The notes beneath the pieces were generated by a model, which was not told the DNA's origin, did not search any database, and saw only the letters and a program-made list of their open reading frames with translations. Positions 17,212 through 26,747 of a stretch of 64,000 nt of DNA are shown piece by piece. Source of the DNA: Dehalococcoidia bacterium (GTDB lineage: Bacteria > Chloroflexota > Dehalococcoidia > UBA6926); the NCBI GenBank assembly GCA_963666115.2, contig CAXXET010000006.1, positions 520,574-584,573 on the forward strand. Reading direction: 5' to 3'. A program made the translations under genes and the position numbers. How positions within the stretch are numbered: position 1 is the stretch's first letter; the number at the start of each line of letters is the position of its first letter.

Positions 17212-18402
17212 CTACCTCGGCAGGCCCAGGCCGCGTTGGGCTATTATGTTGAGCTCTATCTCGCGGCCGCCGCCGGCGAAGCGGTTCATCCAGCTTAGGT
17301 AGGAGTTGACTTGCGGGTAGCCGTTCATCGGGGCGCGTGGGTCGCCGACGTTGAATATGCCGGACTCCCGCAGCAGCCGGTTCAGCGCGCCAAACACGTT
17401 CGGCGTCATCTCGTCGTGGAAGAGCTTGGAGAACGCTGACTCCATCGCCGGAACCTCGCCCTTGCTCTGGATCCACGCGACCTGGTAGGAGATCATCCTG
17501 CCGAGTTCGATCAGCACCCGCGCGTCCGCCAGCACGTGCCGCGCAAGGGGATCGTCGGTGATGCGGGAGCCGTCTTTCATCGGCGTCTCGCGGGCGTAGT
17601 CCAGGAAATTCTCAAGGTCGCGGAGGCGGTATGACGGGGCCTCGACGTTGGATCGCTCGAAGGACATGTTCGTCATGGCGGCGTACCAGCCGCGGTTGAG
17701 TTCACCAACAAGGTTGCGTGATGGCACTCGCGCGCCGTCGAGGAACACTTCGACCCAGCGCTGGCGGCCAAGCGCGTCGAACAGGGGGCGCAAGGTGATG
17801 CCGGGGTCGTGCATATCCACGACGAAGTAGGAGATGCCGCGGTGCTTGGGAGCCTGCGGGTCCGTGCGCACGAGGTAGTGGCCGATGTCCGCCATGTGGC
17901 CGCCGGTGTTCCATATCTTCTGGCCGGTGATGACCCAATCATCGCCGTCCTGCACGGCGCGTGTCTGGAGGCTGCCGAGGTCCGCGCCCGCGTTCGGCTC
18001 GCTGAACCCCTGGGAGAAGTTGATCAACTCGCCGCTCGCGATCTTGCCGAGGATTTCCTCCTTCTGCCAGTCCTGCCCGTAGTACATGAGGGTGTGGGCG
18101 AAGAAGGTGGGGGTGGTGACGGGGGAGCCCCGATAGGCGGCCTCCTCGCGGTACGCTAGCACGCGGCTCAGCGGCGCGTTCTGCCCGCCGAACTCCTCCG
18201 GCCAGTGCATGGTGTACCAGCCCCGGTCGGCCAGCTTCCGCGTGTACTCGTGGATGCGGCGGTCATCCTCCACGTGGTGGACGTCATAGGAGTAGACAGA
18301 GTTGCTGAACGAGTCGATGCCGTGGGCGTCCCACTCGCTTTCGACGAACGACCGCACCTCCTCGCGCAGTTGCTGATCCTCGGCAGTGAATCTGAAGTCC
18401 AT
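17212..18402 (-). CDS. Acyl-CoA dehydrogenase
   Basis: QGFSEPNAGADL, GQKIWN, FERS, NIIAQRGLGLPR. Confidence 0.92.
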   Translation of the reverse strand: MDFRFTAEDQQLREEVRSFVESEWDAHGIDSFSNSVYSYDVHHVEDDRRIHEYTRKLADRGWYTMHWPEEFGGQNAPLSRVLAYREEAAYRGSPVTTPTFFAHTLMYYGQDWQKEEILGKIASGELINFSQGFSEPNAGADLGSLQTRAVQDGDDWVITGQKIWNTGGHMADIGHYLVRTDPQAPKHRGISYFVVDMHDPGITLRPLFDALGRQRWVEVFLDGARVPSRNLVGELNRGWYAAMTNMSFERSNVEAPSYRLRDLENFLDYARETPMKDGSRITDDPLARHVLADARVLIELGRMISYQVAWIQSKGEVPAMESAFSKLFHDEMTPNVFGALNRLLRESGIFNVGDPRAPMNGYPQVNSYLSWMNRFAGGGREIELNIIAQRGLGLPR

Positions 18403-18523
18403 GACCGCCTCCCCCGATGATTCCCCTATCCGTCCGCCGCATTGTGCGCCGATGCGGGCGGGGGCGCAAGGCGGGAAGGCATGGGAGAGGCTTGTCCCCG
18501 TCTGCCCGCTGCGTCGAATACGT

Positions 18524-19309
18524 TCAGGTGTTCAGCGTGTCGCCCTGGGAGTCGATCCGGACGTCTATTTCTATGGGCAGCGCTTCAAGGGCAGGATTGT
18601 TGATCAGGGACGCGATGCACTCCGCCGTTCCGCCCACTAGCGTGGAGGTCATATCGATTTCCGTTGCGACACACCACGCGCGATCCTGCGGCCACCAGTA
18701 ATTTGGGGATTCGACCATCGATGGTATGATGTCCGGCCTGCTGGTGAAGAGCAGGTATTCGAGCGATCCGATTTCGACCGGGTCGGGGGTCCTGACCCAT
18801 TGACGGGCATCGCGCTCTTTATCAACTTGCTGGGGCACAGGGTTTCCCACCGGTCTCAGATAGGCGAAGGCTGCGCCGTACCCATGCCAGGCGCCCTCCC
18901 AGATGCAGAAGTAGTATACGTCCGGCGTGCGGGTGAATCGGGTCAGAGCATTGACTAGAATGTCGATCAGCGGGGAATCGAGAGAGCCGTAGTCCGGCCC
19001 GCTGCCCCACTCAGGCTTGGCTGACGAGTTGTCAGGATGGCCGAGTATGGAGTGGAACTGCATGGCGGGGTGAACGGTTCGGCCTGTCCATGACGCGACC
19101 TGATCCCAGCGCACGTCCTCATTCTCTTGTCGCTCAGGGAAGTAGCGGGAGGCCGGGTGGAAGACGCGGGCGTAGGCTTCGAAGCCCTGCGGGATGACGT
19201 TGCCGACCAGGTAGCCCTTTTCCCGTTGGAGAGGCAGCAAGCCGTCTCGTATCCACAGGGCCTCCGCATGATCATCCAGCGGGGTGATTCGCTCTGTGTC
19301 CCACCACAT
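18524..19309 (-). CDS. Conserved hypothetical protein
   Basis: GFEAYARVFHP..SPNYWWPQDRAWCVATEID pattern; coherent 261-aa ORF. Confidence 0.65.
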   Translation of the reverse strand: MWWDTERITPLDDHAEALWIRDGLLPLQREKGYLVGNVIPQGFEAYARVFHPASRYFPERQENEDVRWDQVASWTGRTVHPAMQFHSILGHPDNSSAKPEWGSGPDYGSLDSPLIDILVNALTRFTRTPDVYYFCIWEGAWHGYGAAFAYLRPVGNPVPQQVDKERDARQWVRTPDPVEIGSLEYLLFTSRPDIIPSMVESPNYWWPQDRAWCVATEIDMTSTLVGGTAECIASLINNPALEALPIEIDVRIDSQGDTLNT

Positions 19310-19323
19310 GTTAGGGTTCTCCG

Positions 19324-20178
19324 CTAGCCATGACCGTCTCGGGTACTCACGCTCAGCGTATAGTTGCTCGTTCGGTTGCCTTTGCCGGTGACCACAATAT
19401 AATACGCCTTGGAATCATGCGCAGTCCATACATAATTGGAGATAGGTTCGGCTTGCAAATAGAGGTTGATGTAGTCTTCCGTCCACTCCCGTGCTTGGAC
19501 AACGTCGACAAACAGGTTAGATGCATCGCCTTCCACTGCGAATTCGTATGTCCGCCCTTCGACTGCGTCGAAAGTGAACCAGTCCTGGTCGCCCGTGATT
19601 TCGATCGTTCCGTAAATTGACGAGTTGACGGCAACGGGCGTGGCGCCTTCCAGGATATTCTGGTAGTCATCATCATAGATAGTTCCGGTAAGTGCGTAGT
19701 TGCCTTCAGACACGAATATCAGGCCCTGGCCGCTGAGACCGTCAATCTCGAGATAGTGGGTGCCCGTCACTTGGGCGGTCCACGGAAATCTGCAGAGCGG
19801 AAAGGAACAGTCTCTGTCATACCAGGGACCTCGGGAAGGCACAGAGTTTCTCTCAGACAACGAAAACGAGAAATGGTCAGGAAACAAGAAATCGGTGCCT
19901 GGCACAGGTGATAAGTCAGGATCATAGACCTTGACCGCTCTCTGGAACAGTGCGCTTGACGTGAGCACGAACATATAGCTTTGGTTGGCTTGGGCAGCAA
20001 AAGCGAACCAGTCTGAGTCATACTCGTCGTCACGGGGACGGTGAACGATTTGTCCCTTCACGCTGTCTCCCATGCCAAGCTGCGTTGCTGTCCCCGGGTC
20101 ATCGCCATGGACATCGACCTTCGTACAGCCCACGGCAAGCAGCGCGAGAAGAAGTGTCGCCGACGCAGCCCACTTCAT
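19324..20178 (-). CDS. Lipoprotein with PPC (pre-peptidase C-terminal)-like domains
   Basis: Lipobox LAVGC; repeated D.DWF.F.A...Y and G.Y.L. Confidence 0.7.
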   Translation of the reverse strand: MKWAASATLLLALLAVGCTKVDVHGDDPGTATQLGMGDSVKGQIVHRPRDDEYDSDWFAFAAQANQSYMFVLTSSALFQRAVKVYDPDLSPVPGTDFLFPDHFSFSLSERNSVPSRGPWYDRDCSFPLCRFPWTAQVTGTHYLEIDGLSGQGLIFVSEGNYALTGTIYDDDYQNILEGATPVAVNSSIYGTIEITGDQDWFTFDAVEGRTYEFAVEGDASNLFVDVVQAREWTEDYINLYLQAEPISNYVWTAHDSKAYYIVVTGKGNRTSNYTLSVSTRDGHG

Positions 20179-20190
20179 GAGGTCAACTCT

Positions 20191-22602
20191 TCACACCAGC
20201 ACGCCCGCCTTTGTTAGTTCCTCTGCTTCGGCGGTTTTGATGCCGAGGACTCGCTCCAGGATTTGGGTGGTGTGTTGGCCGGTTAGGGGGGCGGGGAGGC
20301 GGACCTGGCCGGGGGTTTCTGTTAGGCGGACGGTCATGCCCGGGTGTTGGAGTTTGCCCGGCCAGGGGTGGTCGATTTCCACGACGTAGCCGCGTGAGCG
20401 CAGGTGTGGATCGTGGTACAGGTCTTCACCGGACGCGACGATTGCGGCCTTGACGCCGACTTTCTGGCAGGCCTGCATGATTTGCCCCGGCGTGCGGATT
20501 GATGTCCACTCACCGATGGCGGCGTCGAGTTCGTCGTGCAGTTCGTGGCGTGAGTCGTTTGTTGCCGTCTTGTCGCGGAGGTCAGCAGGCAGGGCGCCGC
20601 CCATCAGCCCGGCCAGCGCCTGCCACTCATCGTCTGTTTCGCAGGATATGGCCACCCACTTATCGACGCCTCTGCAGGCGTACACGCCCTGCGGCGCGGC
20701 GTGGGGGCTGCGGTTGCCGATGGGCTGCGGCGTCTCCCCGTTAATGGTGTGTTCGAGGATGGCCGTGCCCATCATCGCTGCGGCGGAGTCGATCTGGGTG
20801 AGTTCGATATGCTGGCCCTCGCCGGAATTCTCGCGCTCATGCAGCGCGGCCATGACGGCCAGCGCGAGGTGTCCCGCCGTCACGTAGTCCGTGTACGCCT
20901 GCTTGGGTCGTTCGTTCACCTCGGAGTCCGCATGGCCCCAGAGCGTTGAGATGCCCGCGAACGCGCCGATGCACCCGCCGTAGGCAAAGTAGTCGCGAAT
21001 CGGCCCCTCGTATCCGTAGCCGGGGGCGCTCAGCACGATGATGCGCGGGTTGACCTGCTTGAGGTCGTCGTACGCCATTCCCCAGCGGGGCAGGGTGGCG
21101 TAGTGAAAATTCTCCAGCACGATGTCGCTCTCCGCGACCAGCTTCCTGAAGATGTCCTTGCCCTCGTCCGAGTGGAGGTCAAGCGCGATTGAATACTTGT
21201 TGCGGTTGATTTCCGCGTACATGGTGTTGGAGCGGAGCCAGGCGTCATAATCGTCCTGTTCGAGGATGCGCCCCTCGGGGAACTTGGTGGACTCGATGCG
21301 AATGACCTCCGCGCCGAAATCGGCCAGGTAGCGCGCGCCGTACGGCCCGGCCCACGATTTCGTCAAATCGACGACGCGGATGCCTTCAAGCGGCAGCCTG
21401 GGCTCGTTGGCGGTTGCGGCGGGTGGCGCCACACGGCCGTTTTCATGGGGGCGGGCGGGGATGGCGGCCAGACCGTCGTTGTGCTGGCCGATGGTTGGGG
21501 CAGGGCCCTTGATCTCCCACGGCGTGCGGCTCAGCCGGAACGGCGCGCCCTGCGAGGCGTATGTTCCGATTACGGGGTCATTCATCTCTGTCATGACGTT
21601 GCGCGCGATGGTGTGGGGGTGGTTGATGAGCCCGACGATGTCATTGACCGGCCCGGCGGGGATGCGGCGCGGGATGGAGCCTTCAAGGAATTCCTGCACG
21701 GTCATCGACCGCGTGAACTCGGACATGCGCTCATCAAGGAACTCCACGGCGTCGGCGCGCACGGCGGAGTCCAGGAACATTTCGTCCATGATCAGCGGGT
21801 CTTCAGTCCATTCCGCGAACGCTTTCCACTGGTGCGGCAGGATGAGGGACATCAGAATCCAGCCGTCGGAGCAGGGGAAGTAGTTGGTGGGGCGTCCGCC
21901 GCTCAGCCCGCCGACGCGCTGGACGATCTCGCCGTAGGAGCCGTAGTAGACCAGGTTGAAATACTCGTGCGCCACGACGTCCTGCAAGGAGACATCCACC
22001 TCTTGCCCGCGCCCGCCGTTCCGCGCATGCCACCACGCGAGCAGGGTTCCGTATGCGGCGTGGAGCGCCGTCATCTGCACGGCCTGGTAGTGGGGCTGAG
22101 CGGCGGGGAGGCCGTCGCGTTTGCCCTCCATGAAGGTCATGCCGCCCGCCGCGCCGGCGGTGAAGTCGTTGCCCGCGAAGCCGGCGTGGACGCCTGCGCG
22201 GCCATACGGCGTGACGGTGGTGAGGATGATGTTGGGATTGACGGCGGCCAGGGAGGTGTAGTCGAGGCCGCGCGACTCCAATTCCTGTTGATTAAAGGAC
22301 GTCATCAGGACATCGGCGTTCGGCAGCAGCGAATCCCGGAGGACGGCCAGGCCCTCGTCCGTTTCGAGATCGAGGACGACGCTCCGCTTGCCGAGGTTGA
22401 ACCGGAGGAAGTAGAGGCTGCGCGGCTCGGTGGTGGGGCGAGTTGGTTGTGGCGCGATGCGGCGTGACGGGCTACCGCCCGGCGGCTCGATAAGTGTCAC
22501 GTCCGCGCCAAGATCAACAAGATGCCGCCCGACAGGCTCAATGAGTTCGCCCGCAATTTCCAACACGCGGAGTCCATTCAGCGGCGCAGTTTCCGTAGAC
22601 AT
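20191..22602 (-). CDS. CaiB/BaiF family III CoA-transferase, two fused domains
   Basis: PLNGLRVLE..LGADV..GKRSV and PLEGIRVVD..FGAEV..NRNKYS. Confidence 0.92.
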   Translation of the reverse strand: MSTETAPLNGLRVLEIAGELIEPVGRHLVDLGADVTLIEPPGGSPSRRIAPQPTRPTTEPRSLYFLRFNLGKRSVVLDLETDEGLAVLRDSLLPNADVLMTSFNQQELESRGLDYTSLAAVNPNIILTTVTPYGRAGVHAGFAGNDFTAGAAGGMTFMEGKRDGLPAAQPHYQAVQMTALHAAYGTLLAWWHARNGGRGQEVDVSLQDVVAHEYFNLVYYGSYGEIVQRVGGLSGGRPTNYFPCSDGWILMSLILPHQWKAFAEWTEDPLIMDEMFLDSAVRADAVEFLDERMSEFTRSMTVQEFLEGSIPRRIPAGPVNDIVGLINHPHTIARNVMTEMNDPVIGTYASQGAPFRLSRTPWEIKGPAPTIGQHNDGLAAIPARPHENGRVAPPAATANEPRLPLEGIRVVDLTKSWAGPYGARYLADFGAEVIRIESTKFPEGRILEQDDYDAWLRSNTMYAEINRNKYSIALDLHSDEGKDIFRKLVAESDIVLENFHYATLPRWGMAYDDLKQVNPRIIVLSAPGYGYEGPIRDYFAYGGCIGAFAGISTLWGHADSEVNERPKQAYTDYVTAGHLALAVMAALHERENSGEGQHIELTQIDSAAAMMGTAILEHTINGETPQPIGNRSPHAAPQGVYACRGVDKWVAISCETDDEWQALAGLMGGALPADLRDKTATNDSRHELHDELDAAIGEWTSIRTPGQIMQACQKVGVKAAIVASGEDLYHDPHLRSRGYVVEIDHPWPGKLQHPGMTVRLTETPGQVRLPAPLTGQHTTQILERVLGIKTAEAEELTKAGVLV

Positions 22603-22658
22603 GGCCTATCCTCCAATCGCCGCTACTATGCGCCCGTTGGTGTACGCCGCGCAAGCGG

Positions 22659-22686
22659 GTAGGGGCGGTTCGCGAACCGCCCCTAC
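22659..22686. repeat. GTAG-type REP palindrome
   Basis: GTAGGGGCGGTTCGCGAACCGCCCCTAC perfect palindrome. Confidence 0.85.
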
Positions 22687-22691
22687 AGGGG

Positions 22692-23642
22692 CTAGCTATC
22701 GTCCTCGATCATGGCGCCGGTCACCACTTTGAACTCCGCTCGCAGTTCATTCAGGCTGCGCCGATTACTGCCCATGAGCTTGTCCAAGACGTCGTCGATG
22801 TCCCAGACTTCCAGCATCGATTGTCGTGTCATGTAGAACCCGATTTTGCGAATCTTGTGCTCGTCTGAATAGTCAAGCAACGCGTAACCAAGCAGTTGCC
22901 AGAGCCATTCAGTCTTGATCTGTAGTTGGATGGAAGTCTTGATGTCGATGAGGGCGCCATCGACTATCAAGTCGCCATCTGCCCCACTGACGTCCGTGGA
23001 GCCTTCAAATGTCGGATTGAGCACGTGGCGTCGGGAGAATAGCGCACCGTGTTCGCTATAGAAGGAGCGACTCAGCATGCGGAGATCATCAATGCACATG
23101 GGACTCGCGAGCTCCAGGAGTTGCTCCGTATTCGCAAAGCGCCTGTCGAGCGGAGTTCCCGGGCGGAGGCCAGACCGAGCCACCTCGTCAAGCAGTGCAA
23201 GCACATAGCAGTACCTCAAGAACTCCCTTTCCTGTTCGTCCTTGAGCTTTAAGCCGGAAACCGGTGTTCTTCGTAGGAAGGAATCAAAGTCCTGGAAGAA
23301 GCGCAGAAACTCCTCGGAGATGCTCTGCTCATAATCGATATCCCTGCGCCCTGTCTCCGAATCAACGTCAACATGGATGTGTCCTTGGAGATTCAACGCT
23401 CCTTGGGCGGCGACCAATTCGTGCCACGGTGCTGCTGAGAAGTAGTACCGGATACGATAGTCGATCGCGCTTCCCACCGTATTCCAAGGATATGCACCTG
23501 AGGCAGGCGGCCTCAGTATGGACGAATTCTTTAGTCGCTTACGTGGCTCCACCAAGAAACCGCGCGCGCCAGCGCCAAAAGTGTCTGCCAGAAACCGACT
23601 TACAGGGCTGTTCTTGTTGGCGATTTCCCGTGTGAGCGACAT
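22692..23642 (-). CDS. PD-(D/E)XK nuclease-like protein
   Basis: ADGDLIVDGALIDIKT followed by QLLGY (QxxxY). Confidence 0.65.
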   Translation of the reverse strand: MSLTREIANKNSPVSRFLADTFGAGARGFLVEPRKRLKNSSILRPPASGAYPWNTVGSAIDYRIRYYFSAAPWHELVAAQGALNLQGHIHVDVDSETGRRDIDYEQSISEEFLRFFQDFDSFLRRTPVSGLKLKDEQEREFLRYCYVLALLDEVARSGLRPGTPLDRRFANTEQLLELASPMCIDDLRMLSRSFYSEHGALFSRRHVLNPTFEGSTDVSGADGDLIVDGALIDIKTSIQLQIKTEWLWQLLGYALLDYSDEHKIRKIGFYMTRQSMLEVWDIDDVLDKLMGSNRRSLNELRAEFKVVTGAMIEDDS

Positions 23643-23678
23643 GGGTTATTGAATCCCCTTTTTACGAATGGTTGGCAG

Positions 23679-24869
23679 TTACCTTGGCAGGCCGAGGCCG
23701 CGTTGGGCGATGATGTTTAGTTGGATTTCGCGGCCGCCGCCGGCGAAGCGGTTCATCCAGCTTAGGTACGCGTTGACGGCGGGGTATCCGCCGAGGGGGG
23801 CTCGCGGCTCGCCTACGGTTAGGGCGGCGTGTTGGCCTAGTATGCGGGCTATTGTTTCATAGACGCGGGGCGTCATCTCATCGTGGAAGAGCTTGGAGAA
23901 TGCTGCCTCCATCATCGGAACCTCGCCCTTGCTCTGGATCGACGCGACCTGCAGGGCGAGCATGCGCCCGGTCTCGATGAGGATGCGGGCCTCTGCCAGG
24001 AGGTGGCGCGTCCGCTTGCCGTCGATGAGCCGGCCGCCATCGATGCGCGCCTCGCGGGCGTAGTCGATGAACCGCTCAAGGTCGCGCAGCCGCCGTGCCG
24101 GGGCCTCGATCTGCGAGCGTTCAAAGGACAAGGTCGTCATGGCGGCGTACCAGCCGCGATTCTCCTCGCCGATGACGTTGCGGGAGGGCACGCGGACGTT
24201 GTCCAGGAAAATCTCGCTCCAGCGGCGGCGTCCCAGCGCGTCCATAAGCGGGCGCTTCACCACGCCCGGCGTGTTCATGTCGATGATCAGGTAGGAAATG
24301 CCCCGGTGTTTCGGCGCGTCCGGGTCCGTTCGCACGAGATAGTGGCCCCAATCGACCCAAGGGTGGTGGCCCTGGCTGTTCCATATCTTCTGGCCGGTCA
24401 CGATCCAGTCGTCGCCGTCGCGCACGGCGCGGGTCTGGAGGTTGGCGAGGTCTGCGCCCGCGTTCGGCTCGCTGAAACCCTGCGACCATGAGATGAGTTC
24501 ACCACTGGCAATCTTTGGCAGGAAGAAGTCCCGCTGCCAGGGCTGGCCGTGGAACATGAGCATGGGCGCTTCAAAGCCCGGCTGGGCGATAGGCGCGCCG
24601 CGATAGGCCATCTCCTCGCGGTAGGCGATCTGGGTGGTGAAGGGGACGGCCTGCCCGCCGTATTCGTGGGGCCAGTGCATGGTGTACCAGCCCTTCTCGG
24701 CCAGCTTTCGCGTGAACTCCTGGAACAGGACCTCGTCCTCGGGCGTATCGACGTCATAGGAATAGACGGAATTGATGTGTGATTCGTAGGGGGAGTTCCA
24801 GTTGGCCTCCACGAATTCGCGCACCTCCCGGCGCAGCGCGATGTCCTGTTCCGAATAACTGAAGTCCAT
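23679..24869 (-). CDS. Acyl-CoA dehydrogenase, paralog of 17212-18402
   Basis: Same motifs; near-identical C-terminus YLSWMNRFAGGGREI. Confidence 0.92.
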   Translation of the reverse strand: MDFSYSEQDIALRREVREFVEANWNSPYESHINSVYSYDVDTPEDEVLFQEFTRKLAEKGWYTMHWPHEYGGQAVPFTTQIAYREEMAYRGAPIAQPGFEAPMLMFHGQPWQRDFFLPKIASGELISWSQGFSEPNAGADLANLQTRAVRDGDDWIVTGQKIWNSQGHHPWVDWGHYLVRTDPDAPKHRGISYLIIDMNTPGVVKRPLMDALGRRRWSEIFLDNVRVPSRNVIGEENRGWYAAMTTLSFERSQIEAPARRLRDLERFIDYAREARIDGGRLIDGKRTRHLLAEARILIETGRMLALQVASIQSKGEVPMMEAAFSKLFHDEMTPRVYETIARILGQHAALTVGEPRAPLGGYPAVNAYLSWMNRFAGGGREIQLNIIAQRGLGLPR

Positions 24870-24984
24870 GTCCGACACCGTCCTTTCCCCGTCCGTGCGC
24901 CGCTACTATGCCCCTGTTCTTGTGGCGCAAGCAAGCCGCCGCGACACGCGCGAGAGCAAAATGGAACAAATCATCCAAAAGGGG

Positions 24985-25013
24985 TTGACAAGCGAACGCG
25001 CGTTCGGTAGAGT
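24985..25013 (+). promoter_or_regulatory. Promoter TTGACA-17-TAGAGT with LexA-type box CGAAC-GCGC-GTTCG (24993-25006) in the spacer
   Basis: Read directly; GAAC-N4-GTTC is the LexA motif known from Gram-positives and Chloroflexi. Confidence 0.75.
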
Positions 25014-25019
25014 GGGTTC

Positions 25020-25145
25020 ACTCCTCCTTCTCCCAGACCATCTCCCCGCGCAAAAGGATGGATGGGAGAACGGCGCTTCCCGAGGGTAGGGGAACAGCGC
25101 CACAGCGATGCGGCGGGGCGGGCAACCGCCCCGCCGCGTTCTTTA
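25020..25145 (+). ncRNA. Putative small RNA (two hairpins plus terminator)
   Basis: Own promoter, stems TTCTCCCA/TGGGAGAA and GGCGCT/AGCGCC, terminator; no convincing ORF. Confidence 0.55.
25110..25145 (+). terminator. Intrinsic terminator
   Basis: GCGGCGGGGCGG-GCAA-CCGCCCCGCCGC then GTTCTTT. Confidence 0.75.
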
Positions 25146-25238
25146 TCCGCCATGCACTCCTGCCGCCTGTTGCCTAGCCGCGAATGCCGCCCGTATAATG
25201 GCGCTTGCGCCAAAATCTTGATGTGGGGGAAGGTGAGA

Positions 25239-25646
25239 TTGAATGCTCTAGGGACACACGTGCTGGTGGAACTCCGCGATTGTGACGCTACTGCGCTCAA
25301 TGATCTGCGAATCGTTGAATCCGCGCTCATCGACGCAGCGAGACGCATCAGCGCAACGATCATCGGACACGCTTTCCACCAGTTCAGCCCCCAGGGCGTC
25401 ACCGGCGTCGTCATCATTGCCGAATCCCACATCTGCATCCACACGTGGCCGGAGCACGGCTACGCCGCCGTTGACATCTTTACGTGCGGCGATACGTCGG
25501 GCCTTGAAGATGCCACCGAGCATATTGCCAGGGCCTTCGGTTCGCAGGACCGGTCGGTCGTCACACTCCACCGCGGGCAATTCGATCCGGCCGTGAGCGC
25601 TGCGGCGCGCGCGGCGCCGGATTTGGCCGGTGTCGCAGGCGCCTGA
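25239..25646 (+). CDS. speD: S-adenosylmethionine decarboxylase proenzyme (class 1B)
   Basis: HQFSPQGVTGVVIIAESHICIHTWPEHGYAAVDIFTCG; TTG start after a G/A-rich SD; TTGCCT-18-TATAAT upstream. Confidence 0.9.
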   Translation: MNALGTHVLVELRDCDATALNDLRIVESALIDAARRISATIIGHAFHQFSPQGVTGVVIIAESHICIHTWPEHGYAAVDIFTCGDTSGLEDATEHIARAFGSQDRSVVTLHRGQFDPAVSAAARAAPDLAGVAGA

Positions 25647-26661
25647 TCAACCGGCTTCGGGGAACGCCCCGGAGAGCCGCGACACGCTCCCATACTCCGG
25701 CGCGGAGTGGATGACAGAGGCGGTTACGCCCGGCATTCATCAACTGAACCGCATCAACAGCGTCGTCTATTCGGGCCGCACGCCATACCAGCAGGTCGAG
25801 ATTGTCGACACGGAGCCTTTTGGCCGCGTCCTGCGCCTCGACGGCAAGATCCAGTCCGGCCAGTCGGATGAGTACGTCTACCATGAGGCGCTCGCTCATC
25901 CGGTGATGCTCCATCATCCCGCGCCGCAGCGCGTGTTCATCGGCGGCGGCGGCGAGGGCGCGACATTAAGGGAGGCGCTGCGGCACCGCTCCGTCGAAAG
26001 CGTCGTGATGGTGGATCTGGACGAGGAAGTCGTGAACCTCTGCAAGGAGTATCTGCCCACGTGGCACCAAGGCGCGTTTGACGACCCGCGGGTCGAGTTG
26101 CGGCATGAGGACGCGCACGCCTACCTACAGAGCGTCGATGAGCCGTTCGACGTGATGATCCTCGACCTCGTGGACCCGATGGAGGCGGGGCCGGCCTACC
26201 GCCTCTATACGCAGGAGTTCTATCGCATGGCGAGCGATCGACTGACGGACAACGGGGCGCTGGTGGTGCAGTCAGGCCCGGCAATTGCGGGCATGACTGC
26301 GGGGCCGGCGACGGACGCGAACAGCCGTGAACCGGAGGCGCTGACTGATCTCGTGCGCGGCTTCACGGCCTTGCATCACACTTTGGACTCCGTCTTTCCG
26401 GTCGTTGCCGGTTACAGCCCGGTGGTTATGAGCTTCGGCAGCGCGTGGAGTTTCGTCCTGGCGTCGAAGGGGGGGGAGGACCCAGCGGGGCTGGCGCCGG
26501 AGCGGGTTGACGCGCTCATCGCGGATCGAATCACCGCGAGCCTCGGCTTCTACGACGGCATGACGCACCGCCGCATCTTCTCGCTGCCAAAGCCGCTGCG
26601 GGATGCGCTGGCGGCGGAGACGTGGATCGTCACTGAGGAGCATCCGCTCCTCGTTCCTTAA
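25630..26661 (+). CDS. speE: Polyamine aminopropyltransferase (spermidine synthase family)
   Basis: DEYVYHEALAHP, IGGGGEGATLRE, MVDLDEEVV, LYTQEFY; start position uncertain. Confidence 0.9.
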   Translation: MSQAPDQPASGNAPESRDTLPYSGAEWMTEAVTPGIHQLNRINSVVYSGRTPYQQVEIVDTEPFGRVLRLDGKIQSGQSDEYVYHEALAHPVMLHHPAPQRVFIGGGGEGATLREALRHRSVESVVMVDLDEEVVNLCKEYLPTWHQGAFDDPRVELRHEDAHAYLQSVDEPFDVMILDLVDPMEAGPAYRLYTQEFYRMASDRLTDNGALVVQSGPAIAGMTAGPATDANSREPEALTDLVRGFTALHHTLDSVFPVVAGYSPVVMSFGSAWSFVLASKGGEDPAGLAPERVDALIADRITASLGFYDGMTHRRIFSLPKPLRDALAAETWIVTEEHPLLVP

Positions 26662-26747
26662 TCGGGTACACGCCGACAGCCGATGTGCGTCATAATGGCA
26701 CGCAGGATCACTGTGACGCCGAGAGGCGGACGGGAGGAGGGCGGATC

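Noticed and set aside
25058-25238. Leader peptide or N-terminal extension of speD from 25058/25062
   Set aside because: Runs through a strong terminator; speD has its own promoter and SD at 25239
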